64,000 nucleotides of DNA. It comes from Chlorokybus atmophyticus (taxonomy: Eukaryota; Plantae; Mesostigma and Chlorokybus algae). Positions within the stretch are counted from its first letter, which is position 1, and each line of letters starts with the position of its first letter. Under the pieces are notes generated by a model, which was not told the origin of the DNA, ran no database searches, and saw only the letters and a list, made by a program, of their open reading frames with translations. A program made the position numbers and the translations under genes. The DNA lies in assembly GCA_009103225.1 (NCBI GenBank), contig RHPI01002438.1, positions 874,755 to 938,754 on the forward strand, given 5' to 3'. Shown piece after piece: positions 1 through 13,726 of this stretch.

Positions 1-9
1 CAAACTCAC

Positions 10-1289
10 CGTCCGTGCTCTATAAGAATGTTCCTGCCGAACACATCTCCGTTGTTGCCGGTCACCCTGTATGTGGTCGAACCCACTGTCAATGTGAGCG
101 CCATCGACGATGCCGGTTGTGAGTACTCTACATCATATGTGTTGATAGCAGCAGCCTCCGACACGTAGTTCTTCGGCAATCCGAAGTTCTTCAACTCCAT
201 TGTGTTGTACTTGTATCGCATGGAATATCTGCAGCAGAAGCAGCGTTGGCACAAGCAATGGAAGCCACAAGAGTTCCAGTGCATATACGCATGCATGCAG
301 AAACCGCAGTAAACACACAGCACTGACCGGCTCGTCTGCACGCCAATATCGATTTGTCTCAAGTTGCGCAATCCATTGGCCCAATACATGATTGTATATT
401 CCCTGTTGGTGGTCAAAACAGCGTCTGTGGGGTTCCTGGTGGAGGTCGCAGCGAGCGTGTCAAACTTGGCAGTAGGGGCTGCATCGAGCGTCTCCATTTC
501 CGCATTAGCAAACGAGTCGGGAAGCTTCTGAACTTTGGCCTCTTCTGTGGGGGGTGCGCTTACAAGCGAGGTGAAAGCAGATGCGGCGTTGAGGACCTGC
601 ACTTTCGCACCAGGTCTCATGAAGGATGCACTTGTCATAAACACTGGACTGGGCGCTGGTGCCCTGCACACAAGCATGCAAACCGTTAGTGCACGCTTAC
701 TAGTATGCCTGTCCATACAGATCTCGACCGATCCGAAGCATCATCCGTGTTCAGCAGGTCATCTCTGAATATCTTGTGTGGTAGTACTCAACCTACATGC
801 TTGGAAAATGCATACGTAATCAGCTAGCACACATAGCAACTGCCTGTTTTGGCCCTAAGCGTGAGTACTGACCACCGTAAAACACAGGTGGCATGCAGCA
901 ACCGACCCTCCTTGTGGGCTACTGAGACTGTTCGACTTAGAAAAGATGTCACACCCTGTGTGGGTCTGCATGCGTCCACCGGTCTAGGTGACCATAGTAG
1001 TGACAAACGCCAGCATTTAAGATCCCACTCAGCTGGTGCACATGCCACGCACACAACACCACTTGGTGACCATGTGTGGAACTTACTTGCCACTAGTGCT
1101 GTACCCGCCATCGTCGTCATTGCGTGAGGCATTACACCTGACGGTCTCCTCCGTCAACTTATACTTCAATGGTAGGCTGGACTTCTCCTTGTAGTAAGGT
1201 GTGTGGAAGGCCTTGGCGCTGACAAGCACAGCGAGGTTGAGTGAGGCCAGGCACAGCAACACCACCAGGAAAGTAGGTGCCCTCCCCAT
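10..1289 (-). CDS. Secreted protein of unknown function (3' end runs off the window)
   Basis: Exons 1289-1087, 663-328 and 228-10 join in phase at GT-AG sites. The protein starts with a signal-peptide-like MGRAPTFLVVLLCLASLNLAVLVSAKA, and an APAPSP motif follows. No family recognised. Confidence 0.7.
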
Positions 1290-3939
1290 CTCTGCCTCCT
1301 GCAAGACAGCGACAAATGGGATAACTTCAGTTTCAGGGCTAACGCAACACGCTTGATCAAAATTGGCTGATCCCCATCGTGGCCACAACAGATTCGTCCA
1401 AAGAGGCAAAAGAACAGCTATGCTTTCCTGTCTCGGGCAACAGCAACATGAGGGGAGACGGTGGCGGACAACATACACATTGAACCAGCTGACTACAAGA
1501 AGAGATCGGCGTGGGAGGCGAGCGACTGTCGGCAATGGGGACGTTTGTGCCCGTTTAAGGCGGAAAGACATGGCGGAGACCAGAGACCATGTACGCGGCA
1601 CACACATGCAACTTATTGCACTACCCTACGCATGCACGCACAAGACATAAGCGTCGCAGACTGCAACGCTACAACACAGCTCGGCAGTTCTTACACGCTA
1701 TGCGTCTCGGTCCATCCGCAACAAGGGCGGCCTAGTGCATAGAGGAACGACGCTCTGGCACTCAACAGCCAATGCCAACTACAACACAGCTTGCATAGTG
1801 GAAGGCATAGACTTTGCGCTCGACGCCTTGAACGGACGACCACCATGCACCCGGAACGCTTGATCTCGCCGCATGTAACTCTACGGCTGCCTTGTCTTTT
1901 CATCACACCTAGCCAAGGCGAATCTCGAAGCGAACGCCGCCAGATCGTCAACCAAAAGCACGCTGTGCTTTCCGCTTTGATTCACAACGCAAACTAAAGA
2001 CGACAAGTCTGGCAGTGTTGACGTGACAGCTGTGCGACGCTGGCCACTGATGACAACGACGGAAACACCACTCGCTGTGCGCTGCTAGCAACGACTGAGG
2101 AGAGACTAGCAGGTGAAGCATGGGAGCTCGGCATGAGAGCTGGAAGTTCTTCCAAGCTGGGAGTCAGTGCGTCAGTGCTGGGCTGAAGCCTACACAGCAG
2201 CAACTGTGGCAGGCCTATGCATGAGACCGACGGAGAAAACGGAGTTTGAAGGCAACATGACTCAGTGGACACTGCATGCAATGGACAAGGCCGCAACGTT
2301 TGAGCTGATCCGAGCTTCCCAAGCACTTCTGCTGTCGGAACAGTCTGCTTGCAAGCATGTTCATAGGATCTAGCCATGCGCTGTCCGCAATGCATGACCA
2401 GCAGGACGCACCTTGTGCACTTGTCAGGGTACCCACGCCGCGGACACCAGCATGATCAGCAAGGAGGGAGAGCAGGAGGGTGACACACCAGAGAGCGTAG
2501 GCGCAGTGGCCACCGCCGCCACAGCACACCAGCAACCGCTCAAGGTAATGAGGCTTAGGGGCGACAGCTGCCCACGCTCGAGGATGGACAAGCAAGGCCT
2601 ACTGGGCACGCTGCACAAGCAAACCAGCTTCTGAAGAACTCTTCCCCCCTCGTGCGCATGCGCGCGTGCGAGTGATTTTCTAACCTCGACACCGCCTTCG
2701 ACTTCAATGCTCTCCAGCACCTCCTCAATGATCTACTGCCCGCCGTCGCACACCCGAGCGCCGCCGAGCCACATTTCTCCCTTGGCCGTATGACTGGTGT
2801 GAACAACTACGGTCAGATCAATCAGCCAGCTGAACAGAGTTAACCGGACACCAAAAGCCTGCCATGACAACGCTTCCATCCGCGTGTACTGTGCTCAATA
2901 TCAATGCTGCGGACACTTAGGTAGTCTCAAATTACTTGTATTTGCGTTACAGCGTGTTATATATACTAGCGAGTTTGGTTTGCAGTTAGTCAGACTGCCT
3001 TAGGTGGCGCGCTGCACAAGATGCCATCTCTGCCGCGCCCTACTGTAGCCAGCTGTGGCGTGATTAGGGGTCGCGGAGCCTAACGTCGCCTTGAGAGCTG
3101 TACCGGTGGTAGGCCCTACGGGTGGTACGAGTCCTCGAGAAGGACTCCTTATGCGTATATGGTTTGCAATGTATCACGTAATGGCAAATCTACAGGTACT
3201 GCTCTTGGGGTGATGTGCCGCTTTGAGCTCATGAGATTGTGTGATAGCTGGCACCTGGCCAACCCGTAGTGTTTGGTTATTAGAATGCACCCTACCTACC
3301 CTACTCTTAGGACCGTTTCAGACCGACCAGCGCTGCTTGTCATGTTAGGGATGCTGCGCAATGAGTCACTGCACATTACTACCTGTAGCATATGCTTACA
3401 ACCAAGCAGGCAGTACCAACTTTTGCAAAGTATGGCATGCCGCTTTTTCCGTGGCCCACCATGCCTTGCCGTTGCGAATACGTCCCTACATCGCAGCACG
3501 TGCGTGAGGGGCATGCTTACCGGCCTACGTGGCCGCTACCGGTGGATGCAATACTTTGCCATCTAATAATTCATGCAAGGCATGTATGACGTAAAATTGG
3601 CGCGCTATAGGGCGGCTAGAGTGATTGCAAGAAGAACGTCACATGACGCATCATGACGGAATGCGGGATCCATGACCCAGGGGTCACGCCTGGACCCGCG
3701 GTGTGTTAAGATTGAGATGGTGCGAAGCCCCGACCGCAAAACGGCTGCGGCGCTAGCCCACGTGAACGGTACCCTGCGTCGTACGACTCAATCGACGCGG
3801 GAAAAGGCTTCTGTCACGTCGTCGCTAGCGATCCCGGCACTCGCAAGCAAGCGTTGCAAATCTCTGCAACAATCATGCAAGCGACACAGGCCTAAAAGGC
3901 AGCCTTTTATGGCAAAGCGGATGCCTTGAAGTACCCATT

Positions 3940-5695
3940 CAATAGCGTGAGTCGGTATTTTCAGCTTGAATTCAAAGGCTTTGCGTCACATTACGGCGCA
4001 AGCCCATCTTGTGTATTTTGCATGTTGTAGTCGCATTGCCAATACGTGGTGGATTGCATTGTACACCAATTGTGCATGCTGACTTATGTTTACATAAACC
4101 TTATCGCATCATGCACAAGTCGTTATAAAAAATTGCACGTGCACAACCTATATCGTCAAGAGTACATAAGCCGCCGAATTCAGACAACACTACTAATTAA
4201 ACACGTTACATTGATTGGTTGTGTTGTCTGAATTTGACGTCTTATGTACTCTTGACAACACAGGTTAACATGAAATGTATGGCTATAGCTAGCATTAAAT
4301 TTAGTTGATGTATGATAAATCTCCAATTGAGTTAAACATATAAAACATATATCATCCCCATATGTATACATATACAGATAGTTGTATTTTAAGGCATGAT
4401 GCTCGTGCTATGCACACAGCGTTTTGCGTGCCATATGTTGAGCGCTCGGTGCATGATTGTTACGTGCTGTGTTCGTATGTGTGTTACATGTGCCACACAT
4501 AACGTTGCACGGCATAGTCTGTAAACCAAGTTATCATTGACATAAATGAAAGCACCGTAAATTATCGCTATATGAACAGTTGTCTTTGAGAATGAGACAA
4601 AATTGCAACTTAACATGATTGCATCAGTAAAAACATGCATGTGAACACAAATAAAGCTTATAACAACTTTAACTTGTTGAAGTAACAAAATGAGCTACTT
4701 ACAATCAGGTAATTATTGGCCAACACGTACAAAAGCAAATTCACTCAAACATATGCATATATGAGCAGCTCGCAACCGCCGGGATGGATACCATCAATTG
4801 CGATATATATGTGATGGTATACTGCTAATAGCGTACTTGCGATATTGAGCACTATACTCGTGTGACGTAACTTCATAATATCAAAATACAATAAACACAT
4901 TGCAAAAGTCTCTCAAAATTGATGTGGCCTTTGCATTAAAGGGCTTAACAATTGACTTTATATGCTTACATTTTACAGTTGCATTGTGTGTTTTGCCGTG
5001 TATGTAATGTACCAAGTATATTTATATGCACAGCAAGCAAAGTGAAGCACACTATGATGCACTGAAAAAGCAGCAGGAGCAATAGCAATATTAATGGTTA
5101 CAGCAACATCAACAATACAAGTAAGATGCAATGGCTCGCCCGGGCCCTTACAACTTGTAACCGCAACAATCAAAAGGCGAGTAAACATGCAATGGCAAGT
5201 AAAGGAGAACAGGCTAGCAGCATGCACGACCAGCAACCACTGCATAGCGCATGCTGATCTATGTAAGCAGCCACACATTAGCAAGTTGCTAATTGCAACT
5301 GCCGAGTGCGAACAGTCAACACGTCACAAAATTTTTGTATATTTATACTTGTATATAACGGATGTTCGTATTACGTATTAATCATATAGTCACAATATAC
5401 AATGTATTGTATACATGATTGTTCTTATATATGCATATTTGTGACATAGCTACATACGGCATATGCATCCCATTTGCACCGTGTGCAATAAACGATGTTC
5501 ATCTTGTAATTACTTTGCATTTACAGTAATACTTAAATAAAACGCCGAGTTTCAATGCAACCCCACCCCTTTACCAAACCGGAATTCAAATAACTTATCG
5601 GCTTAGAGGGCAATCATGGCTAGCACCATAAACAATCTGTAATAAATAACCTCCTTACTGTTTTACGTGTAGGGGGTTACAAGGCAGAGAGGAGG
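3940..5695. other. AT-rich non-coding spacer, possibly TE-derived
   Basis: Abrupt drop in GC relative to flanking genes, no credible ORF or splice pattern, ends at an assembly gap. Confidence 0.5.
4155..4256. repeat. Inverted repeat, 36-bp arms, 30-nt loop
   Basis: gtcaagagtacataag-ccgccg-aattcagacaacac (4155-4190) pairs with gtgttgtctgaatt-tgacgt-cttatgtactcttgac (4221-4256); mismatches are confined to the central 6 nt of each arm. Confidence 0.9.
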
Positions 5696-5779
5696 NNNNN
5701 NNNNNNNNNNNNNNNNNNNNNNNNNNNNNNNNNNNNNNNNNNNNNNNNNNNNNNNNNNNNNNNNNNNNNNNNNNNNNNN
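5696..5779. other. Assembly gap (84 N)
   Basis: Run of N. Confidence 1.
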
Positions 5780-6262
5780 GGGGTCCTACCATCATGGTAT
5801 GATAGTACAAACAATCATAACTTCATCACATTGTGCACATTACGAACCAATGCAGAGCCCAAACGGATTACTGAAGTCGACGTTGCTGCAAATCAATGGC
5901 CGCACCACATAGCACTAGGTAGGTTGCTATTGGACGATAGAATATGTGAATACCATATGTCAGTAGGCATGGCGCCTTAACACGCATGTTATTGAGTAGC
6001 AACAGCTTGCAAGGCGCTTGACACCAAACAAGTTGGTTGAGTGCCATTAACGCATTTATCAAACAATTTGTAGTCACGAGACATTCGTGACGAGTGCACA
6101 CGTCATTATCAGCGATATGCATTTGGGGCTAATGTAGTGGAGTATAAAAACGGTTCTATAGCACAGACAACACAATCCAATACACGACACACGCACACAC
6201 GTAGCTGCCTACCCAGTACACCCGCACCCCTCTATCACACACACACTCCTATCACCCAGCTA

Positions 6263-9200
6263 TCACCCAGGATGCTGCGCCCTCAGCTCCACTCGCAGGC
6301 GTTCCAAATCTTGCAATATGGTAGCAAACGCGTCGGGCCCCGGCAGATCGACGCCTGCAGGGAGGCGCAGTGCAGATCGCCACACAAGGCGAGTCCAATG
6401 CCTCTCCATCGCGCTCTGCTTGGCGGCTATCTCTGCATCTGTCATGTTGAACAAAACCTCCGCTAATCTTGGGAGGTCGCTGGAGTACATCCGGACTGCC
6501 AGCTCGTCCCATGGTATCAATGCTTCATGCGCTTGTCGGACAGATGCCTGGTCACAGCGTATGCACATGTGTAGCTTAAGCCTTGTCATGCATAACTGCA
6601 ATGTGTTTCACGAGGTATGGATTGGTAATCTGGCACAGCTGGCTATGTGATATAACACAGGCTGACCTCTTGACTATCGTCCTGTATTATTACTGGTACA
6701 CAGCCTGCAGTGCATGCATTGCCGTAAGAACACTCTATAGTCAGTCAGACCACTGAGCAAAGCTGCAGCAAACAACATGACACACCTTGCACAACTGCGA
6801 GGTGTGTGCGTATGCCCCACCTGCCATTGTAAAACATAATGTTAATATTGTAATGACAAACCACATCACCACGCAACAGTGCTCACCCCATGCCACTCGG
6901 CGAGAAGCAAAAGATCGCTTTGCGCATGTTTGCCAGATCTTGTGCAGGTGTTACATCTTGTCTACCGAAATCAATGATGTGAAACCCTGTGGCGTTCCTG
7001 CAATCAACAGTGTTGGATGACTACACGACACCGCTATATGCCTAGCAACATACCTGTACAGGTCCCAAAAAGCCTTTCTGATGCCAAAAGAATAGGGTTG
7101 CCAGTAGTCACCCCATGTGCACGGGCCAGCCTTGTCTGGTGCAGGAAGGGATTTGCCTTGATAGGGCTCATCCCTGACACACACGCAAGCACATACAACC
7201 GCTGCTTGTGATGTATCTGCCTAGCAAAATATCAACTCGCAGCATGCGGTCAACTTACCAGCATATTCGGCCGGCGAAATACAACTCCTTCTTGCGGGGG
7301 GACCGTTGTGCTGGTGGTTTCATCCACGGAGAGTTAACAACGTCATGAGACACGGCTGGTGGGATAACTATATCGTGTTCAGGAATGTGACCCCGGCTCG
7401 TCTTGGTACCCCACAAACCATGTGAGTGACCCCAATGCGTGAGCATCACCGCGCGGTCGTAGTTTTCATTCAATGCATCGTCTGAACTGCCCGTGTCGCG
7501 ATGCATCACAAACATGTGATCAGCTGCAAGGACACGCGCACGCGCACACACACATGCAAAAGTCAGTATTGCCACGCAGCTACAATGCATTGCTTGCAAA
7601 CCTACCTCCAATATTGCGGTCCCAGTAGGGATACGTCTGTCTTATGTAATCAAGTGCCCTGCCCAACAGGTCCACCAACAGGTTGATGATATGGATGTCG
7701 CGCTATGCTACGTCACAGTATTCTCTTTGGCTGGATGGTACCTGTCATGGACTGCAAACGGACCCCAACCTCCTTGCATGTCCTACAGCAACACCATGAT
7801 CATCACAACCCTACAATGCCGACAATGTAATCATGATCAAAAGTATGAGCACTGGGCTTAGAACACGAACTTACCCAAACAGGAACAAAAAAGAAGTCTG
7901 CATGTTCTGGATTCACCACACGATGGGGGCTACTCAGCAGATCAACATGGAATAGCTTGTCGCTATGGTACAAACCGCCTGGCTGGCCTTTTGCCGCAAG
8001 CAGTACATGCAACCACTGTGGTGCAAACTCGTGCGAGGTAAATTCAGGTGGCAGTTCATACCTGTGATTCGTTGTTTAGGCTGGAATGCTATAAACTGGC
8101 AAACCTGATTTACAAGCACATTGCGCTTGTGCGTACACGTAAATCCGGGGGCGCGGGACTTCTTCAGGTAGTTGCAATGCTCGCGGGAATGAACAATCAA
8201 AGCCATAGTAATCCGGCCTGCAATGGCAGAAGCCTCGCATGCACCAGCCCCGGCTCGCATTGCAGGGTTGCAAGCATGTAGACGGCTTGGTCAACTTGTC
8301 GCAAGCGGGGTCTTCAACACCTTCATCGCAAATGCACTGCCGCAGTGCTTCACTTTACATCACAGACACAGACTTGGCGAACACTTGTGCCGCATGACCG
8401 CAGAACATGCACCAGTGTGTGCGCAAGCAAGCGTGTAAGTGAGGACAAAGGCGTGATTTACGCGTGCGTGCGTGCGCGTGCGTGTGTGTGATGACCACCG
8501 TGGCTAGGATTCACACAGAAAGCCCAGTTGATTAGCCGATGGACTGACACTGCCCGATTCAGTCATCAAGAAGTCTATCATACGCCACTGTGTGCACCAC
8601 TATCACGCGACACATGAACGCATGCTTCAATATGATGTCACACCAGCAATCAAGCAAGGAGACACAGGACTGCCTACAACCTTGCTTAAGTGAGTAGTAG
8701 TAGTAGAGGCGCAACATTTTCTTATTGCACCTTGCGATCCTTGCTGCAGAAACCACGGCCGGAGCACGAGTTGGGACACTTCCAAAGCAGCTGTTTGTCC
8801 TTGGCACAGCTTGCACTTGTCGCATTTGCGGCATCATTGGCACCACAGGCAGGCAGATTATCAGCCTTGACAAACAGCTCGCAACGCTCTCCTGAGAAAC
8901 AACGCAGCATCACAAGGCTGCACTGATGTATATGACATCGTCCATTGTCAAGCACACGCATGCAAGCAGGTCATGACGTGAGCGCTGCATAACATCCAGC
9001 AATCGCTCTCTGGCCGTGGATTCGAAACTGGACCGACGATGCGTGCGCGGCTGTTAAGTGCAGTCAACTAAAGCACCCAGCAAGCATCGAATCAACTTAC
9101 AAATCAAAGTTACTGACTCGCTCGCTGTGCTGATAGTCCTTGCCTGTGCGTTGGAATGGGCAGTCGCAGCGGCCGAGTTCGCCGTTGCAGACGCCTATAT

Positions 9201-9339
9201 CGGTACAGCCAGGGGCGCAGGGCTTGTGCGGGGCAATGCACGGCCTAGTTTGAAGCAGCAGCAGGCAGGCATGAAAAGCCAGCAGCAGCTCTCTTGCGTG
9301 GCAGCTGCCGCCTCTCAGCACCATGGTCGATGACAACAT
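6263..9339 (-). CDS. Exostosin-family (GT47) glycosyltransferase with N-terminal EGF-like cysteine repeats, multi-exon
   Basis: N-terminal hydrophobic leader, then EGF-like exons (CAPGCTDIGVCNGELGRCDCP; CPNSCSGRGFC; CMRGFCHCRPDYYGFDCS). GT47 motifs follow: PRIYVY, HRVVNPEHADFFFVPVW, DIVIPP, LYFAG, AIFCFSPSGMG/WGIR, IPWDELAVR. Stop at 6263-6265. The start is ATG 9339 or 9324. Confidence 0.9.
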
Positions 9340-9933
9340 GCGTCCTGCTTCTCAAAACGCTGGCCTGTAAAACTTGACAAAGTTCATGACTACAAGCTGC
9401 CAGCTGGCTCTAAGTTGAAGCAGCAGATGCTGCCTCTGCTGCTGTTGCTGCAGCTTGCCTGCGCAGCTGAGAACCACGCGCAGCTTCCTCCTTCGTCATT
9501 GTACAACGACCCAGGCATGCAAACAAATTGACTCATGCATGTAGGCCACATGTCCCCAAGGTTGTCACCGTTCCCGCATCCAGACCACCGCCCACATCGA
9601 CACCGTCGTCGACACCGACACTTCCACCGACAGCCTTGCCGACAGCGACAGCTGCTCACATGCTGCATGCATTAGAATACGTGGGTAATTGGCATGCGTC
9701 TGAGTAGGGCTATAACCTTCCGTGATGTACCGTTATCTACCGTTTAATCCACGGGAGTCGAGTAGTGATGTGCTGAGGCCAACTGTATCATTTTTACCGC
9801 ATAACATGCATTGCATGATGTCATAATAACATTATAGCAATGTATAATGCAGTTACCAAAGCATTGTCTGGTTTCTTTTATGTTCACATTGTGTACATAA
9901 AAAACATCATTGTACATGTGTTTTACATATATG

Positions 9934-9961
9934 TATACATGTACATCGATGTACATGTATA
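9934..9961. repeat. Perfect 28-bp palindrome in AT-rich spacer
   Basis: tatacatgtacatcgatgtacatgtata equals its own reverse complement. Confidence 0.9.
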
Positions 9962-11333
9962 ATGATGGCTATGTATGTATATATATATGTAAATAGATAT
10001 TGTATATGTATAAATGCATAAAAGTCATCGACATATATGTAATTTTACAAAACGAGCGGTGCGGCTGATTGGGCGGGGCGGCCGGCATTAGGGCACACGC
10101 AAACCTCGCCCCGAAGGGCATCACATGCGGCACCCGCGACTGCCGGGCTGCGCGGCAGTATGTGCGGCCCGGCTTATTGGCTAGGCGGCGAGTACAAACG
10201 TTTCACCGTTAGATCTGTCTAAACAATCCTGGCCGTCCAAAGCACATCCAATTATTTAAACGCATGCCAATAAATGTAAAATTAAGCACAGTTCTGCATA
10301 CGTGGCCGCTTATGGCTGCATATTGATCGTTTTTATGTGTTACAGAAACAATATTAATAAATATGGAGATACAATGATACATGGTGATATCTTTGATGTG
10401 TTGCAAAATGAAGCACGTCTGTTGCAATGTGGTGCAATATGGTGCAATATGGCTAGCAACCTGCAGTTAAGCGTTAGAAAACTTAATAATCAATGTAACG
10501 TTTATGCCACGGTACGTGCTAAGATATTCAGTCAGCAATGCCAAGGTTACAAACATCAATGTAATGCTAACCTAAATTACCTTAACGTTAAGATTCAACT
10601 AAACAAAAGTCTGCAGCGTTAGGCCACCATTTTGTCACGCTTGAATTTGATCAAATGGAATCGCAACGGTGACAACAGCCGTTGCTCAAAAAGGCAGCGA
10701 ATTGGCCAATCATTGCAGAGATGCATAAAAGATGCTGAAAACCATCTCGACGGCCACTGCTGGCCAACGGCGACTCAAAATTGCTAGCAATTGTATGCAA
10801 TTGCAGCACAGTTAGTGGTTAAATTGGCCGCGTTTTTGGCGGTACGAGGTCGGGGCAGGCCCCATACCCCGAAGACATTCCGCCACTACTCACCCTCGTT
10901 CTAACTAATCCACTCTATCATGTAACGCTGATTGATTACACGCTATATAGTTGTTACTGCGTCATCAAACATGGTCAACAGGCGAACCAAGATAGCAAGC
11001 ATATTTGTGACAGTAGCGGTAGTATACATGTAAATATAGCGGTAGTATACATATAAATATATATACAGCCTGGTAGAGTTAGCACGGCCTGGTAGCCTAC
11101 TAGAGGTCCTAAGGTCTGTAGTCATGCGCATCATCCGTCCTAAGGGTAGTAGAGGTACGGAAGTTACAGGTCTACATCTGAGTCACACTTAGTATCGAGA
11201 GCTGTGCGTAATTAGGGCTACAGTACCTAGGGCTGTGTCTCCACCTGGGCGACACGTTGGATGTTGCTGGTGGTGGTGGAGGGGGCGGCGGCGGCGGCGG
11301 TAGAGGCGGAGTATTGGGGTCCTGTCGCGCAGG

Positions 11334-12719
11334 ATGGCGCTGCTGGTGCGTGGCGCAGGGAGGCTGGCGGCGGGGCGATCTGAGGTTGCATTGTTAGGGA
11401 AAGGGGCTAGAAGATGGGCGTCAGCCTCCTCCTCTTCTTCGGTGGAGGAGGCTGACAGGCAGGCGGCGAAGACGGCGGAGGAGAGGCGCGAGGTCGGCAC
11501 TGTGTCTGGCGTCCCGCAGGAGCACCTCCGCCGCAAGGTGCTCGTGTACTCCCCTGCTCGCACCGCCATGCAGCAGGGCGTCAGCAAGACGCACAGTTGG
11601 CGTATGGAATTCGACTCCACACAAAAGTGAGCAACAAGACGCAACTGGCACGTTGCAGCTCGCTCGCAAGTCAATTGTAGTTACAATTGACTTGATGTGC
11701 ATTGCACTCGCTGTTAGTCCGCAATATCTCCTTGAGTGCGTTGTTAGGCAAATGGTTTGATGATCCATCTGAGAACTAGAACCGCAGTATGCGAGTGAGT
11801 ATCTTCAAGCAGACCAACGTTGTCGAGCAACTGCACAACATTCACTGAGACAGTGCATGTCCTTGTTCTCAGTATGAGTAGGCACATTCGGTAGTATGTG
11901 TAGCAAACGAAGCGCGTATCACCGTAGCTCTGCCAGTGCTTGTTGTTTGACAATGGATACCACGTCGTTCGGCAATGTAGCACGTCTCACCCTCACCTCA
12001 CCATGCACTTTGCCAATATCTGCATTGCTGCTTCCAGTCATTATACAATTTACACTAGGTCCTTGAACTCTGCTACACTAGATCCTTGAACCCTCTGACC
12101 CAATGCACTCGCCCATGCGTCAGATATGACACGACTTGTGTGCTCCAAGTATCCAGTCAACGGATGTCACGCAGACTTGCACTCAGCACAGTATGCGCGC
12201 TCACACAAGAGCGAACAAGTTAGTTGTATAGTTTGGATTAGTTTCCAGTTCAGTGGGCATTGGTCTATCCCTTGTGTTGAGCACAAGTTGTGGGGGCTGC
12301 AGGTGGGAAAACCCTCTGATGGGATGGACTTCATCAGCTGACCCTCTATCAACTGTCGGCCAGTCGCATATGCGTTTCGACACTGCGGAAGAGGCGGTCC
12401 AGTTTGCCGCCAAGCATGGCTGGGAGGTTGAGGTGAGAGCCGTTTGCAAAGTCTTCATTGGATGTTTACTGATTTATACATTGGTTCGTCAAATCACTGA
12501 TCCTCTTTGCTTTGCAGCTGCGCCATCCCCAAGAGATGTTGCGCAAGGTGAGGCTTTGATTGTTTAAAATGTAGCAGCCATGTTAGCTGTTATAGCTTTG
12601 GCTCTATTGAAGCTTCTCAAGCATGCATACTCACAGCAGCTGACCTGCAGACGAAGGCTTATGCCAACAACTTCAAGTGGAAAGGGGCCGTGCCGGAAAG
12701 CGCCGAGGAGGAGCAATAG
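11334..12719 (+). CDS. NDUFS4: NADH dehydrogenase (complex I) 18-kDa Fe-S protein 4, mitochondrial
   Basis: Exons 11334-11626, 12303-12432, 12518-12547 and 12651-12719 give [16 protein letters not shown]...[14 protein letters not shown]...[16 protein letters not shown]...[11 protein letters not shown], after an Arg-rich presequence. Confidence 0.97.
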
Positions 12720-13726
12720 TACTGTTGTACAGTAGGTGTACCAAAGCGCTTAGCTTGTAGACAGGAGTATACATGGCTGGTAAATGCATTATGTGTCGCA
12801 ATTCTGCGTCCGTGCAGATTTCCTTTTGGCACATTGTATGTTGTGTACCTTCAGCCCCGTCAATTTGTGCCAGTGTGGTATGTCTGCTATGTACTGCTCT
12901 GGTGCTTGCAAGTTGCGACCGGTTTCTAAGGGTCAGGCTTTGCCGATTACGATTCATAGCCTTGTGTGCAAAAGAGTATAAGCCACTAGTTGCTCAGTGG
13001 AGTGCACGTAGGAACCAATTTTATGCTTTGCAGTTGAGTCTTATTGTTTCCTGATGTCAATGTATCAATGCATGGCAGTGGCACTGTAGTGGGCAAATCC
13101 ACTGCCAGCAATGGCATAGCTGGAGGCCTCCAGCATGTCATTGCTGGCACGCATTGCTGGACAGTGCATGTTCTTGCATTGACAGCATTGGCAACACAAA
13201 CAAACCCAATCTTGATCCAACACATTTCCTACTACGGATATTTTGTAGCAATGTTACTATCAAATCGTGCTCAGTCACTTCCAGCAAGGAGTGCGCAAGC
13301 ACAGGTTGGCTAGAGAAGCATGCCGATTAGATAAATGCACTCGCAGTCAAGGCTGTGATGCAGTCTTTCACCCAGTCGGCACAGCTTGGTGCGACAAGCA
13401 GCACTGGTATCAGCACCATCACTAGGAGTACATGCTTGCAGAGTACATTGCTGGGAATCAGGTTCAGTGCTATTTCTGAACGCAGCGCTCAATGCTGACA
13501 CCATGGTTTGCTGCGTGACAACACATACATTGCAGTACAAGTAAAACAGTCAACCCATGCCCCGTAGTATACACTCAAGTGCTCGTGCGGTGCTCAGTTA
13601 AACACGACTCGTATGCGGCACTACAAGACAGTGCATGCTAGAACATGAATACACCACCGATCGCCCACATGGTAGCGCAAAAAAATTTGCGCAGATACCT
13701 CTGCTTGTAATATGACATTGACAACG

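Noticed and set aside
2045-2064. CTGATGA..GAAA hammerhead-like core
   Set aside because: Stem II would have about one pair, no convincing stems I/III, and it is far from the Penelope-like fragment.
1994-2900. Protein-like ORF fragments (e.g. FSNLDTAFDFNALQHLLNDLLP)
   Set aside because: Stops in all frames, no consistent splice model, no recognisable motif; strand undecidable.
3640-3705. ggacccgcggtgtg as a possible CACAC-type right terminus
   Set aside because: No matching left end, TSD or subterminal array found.
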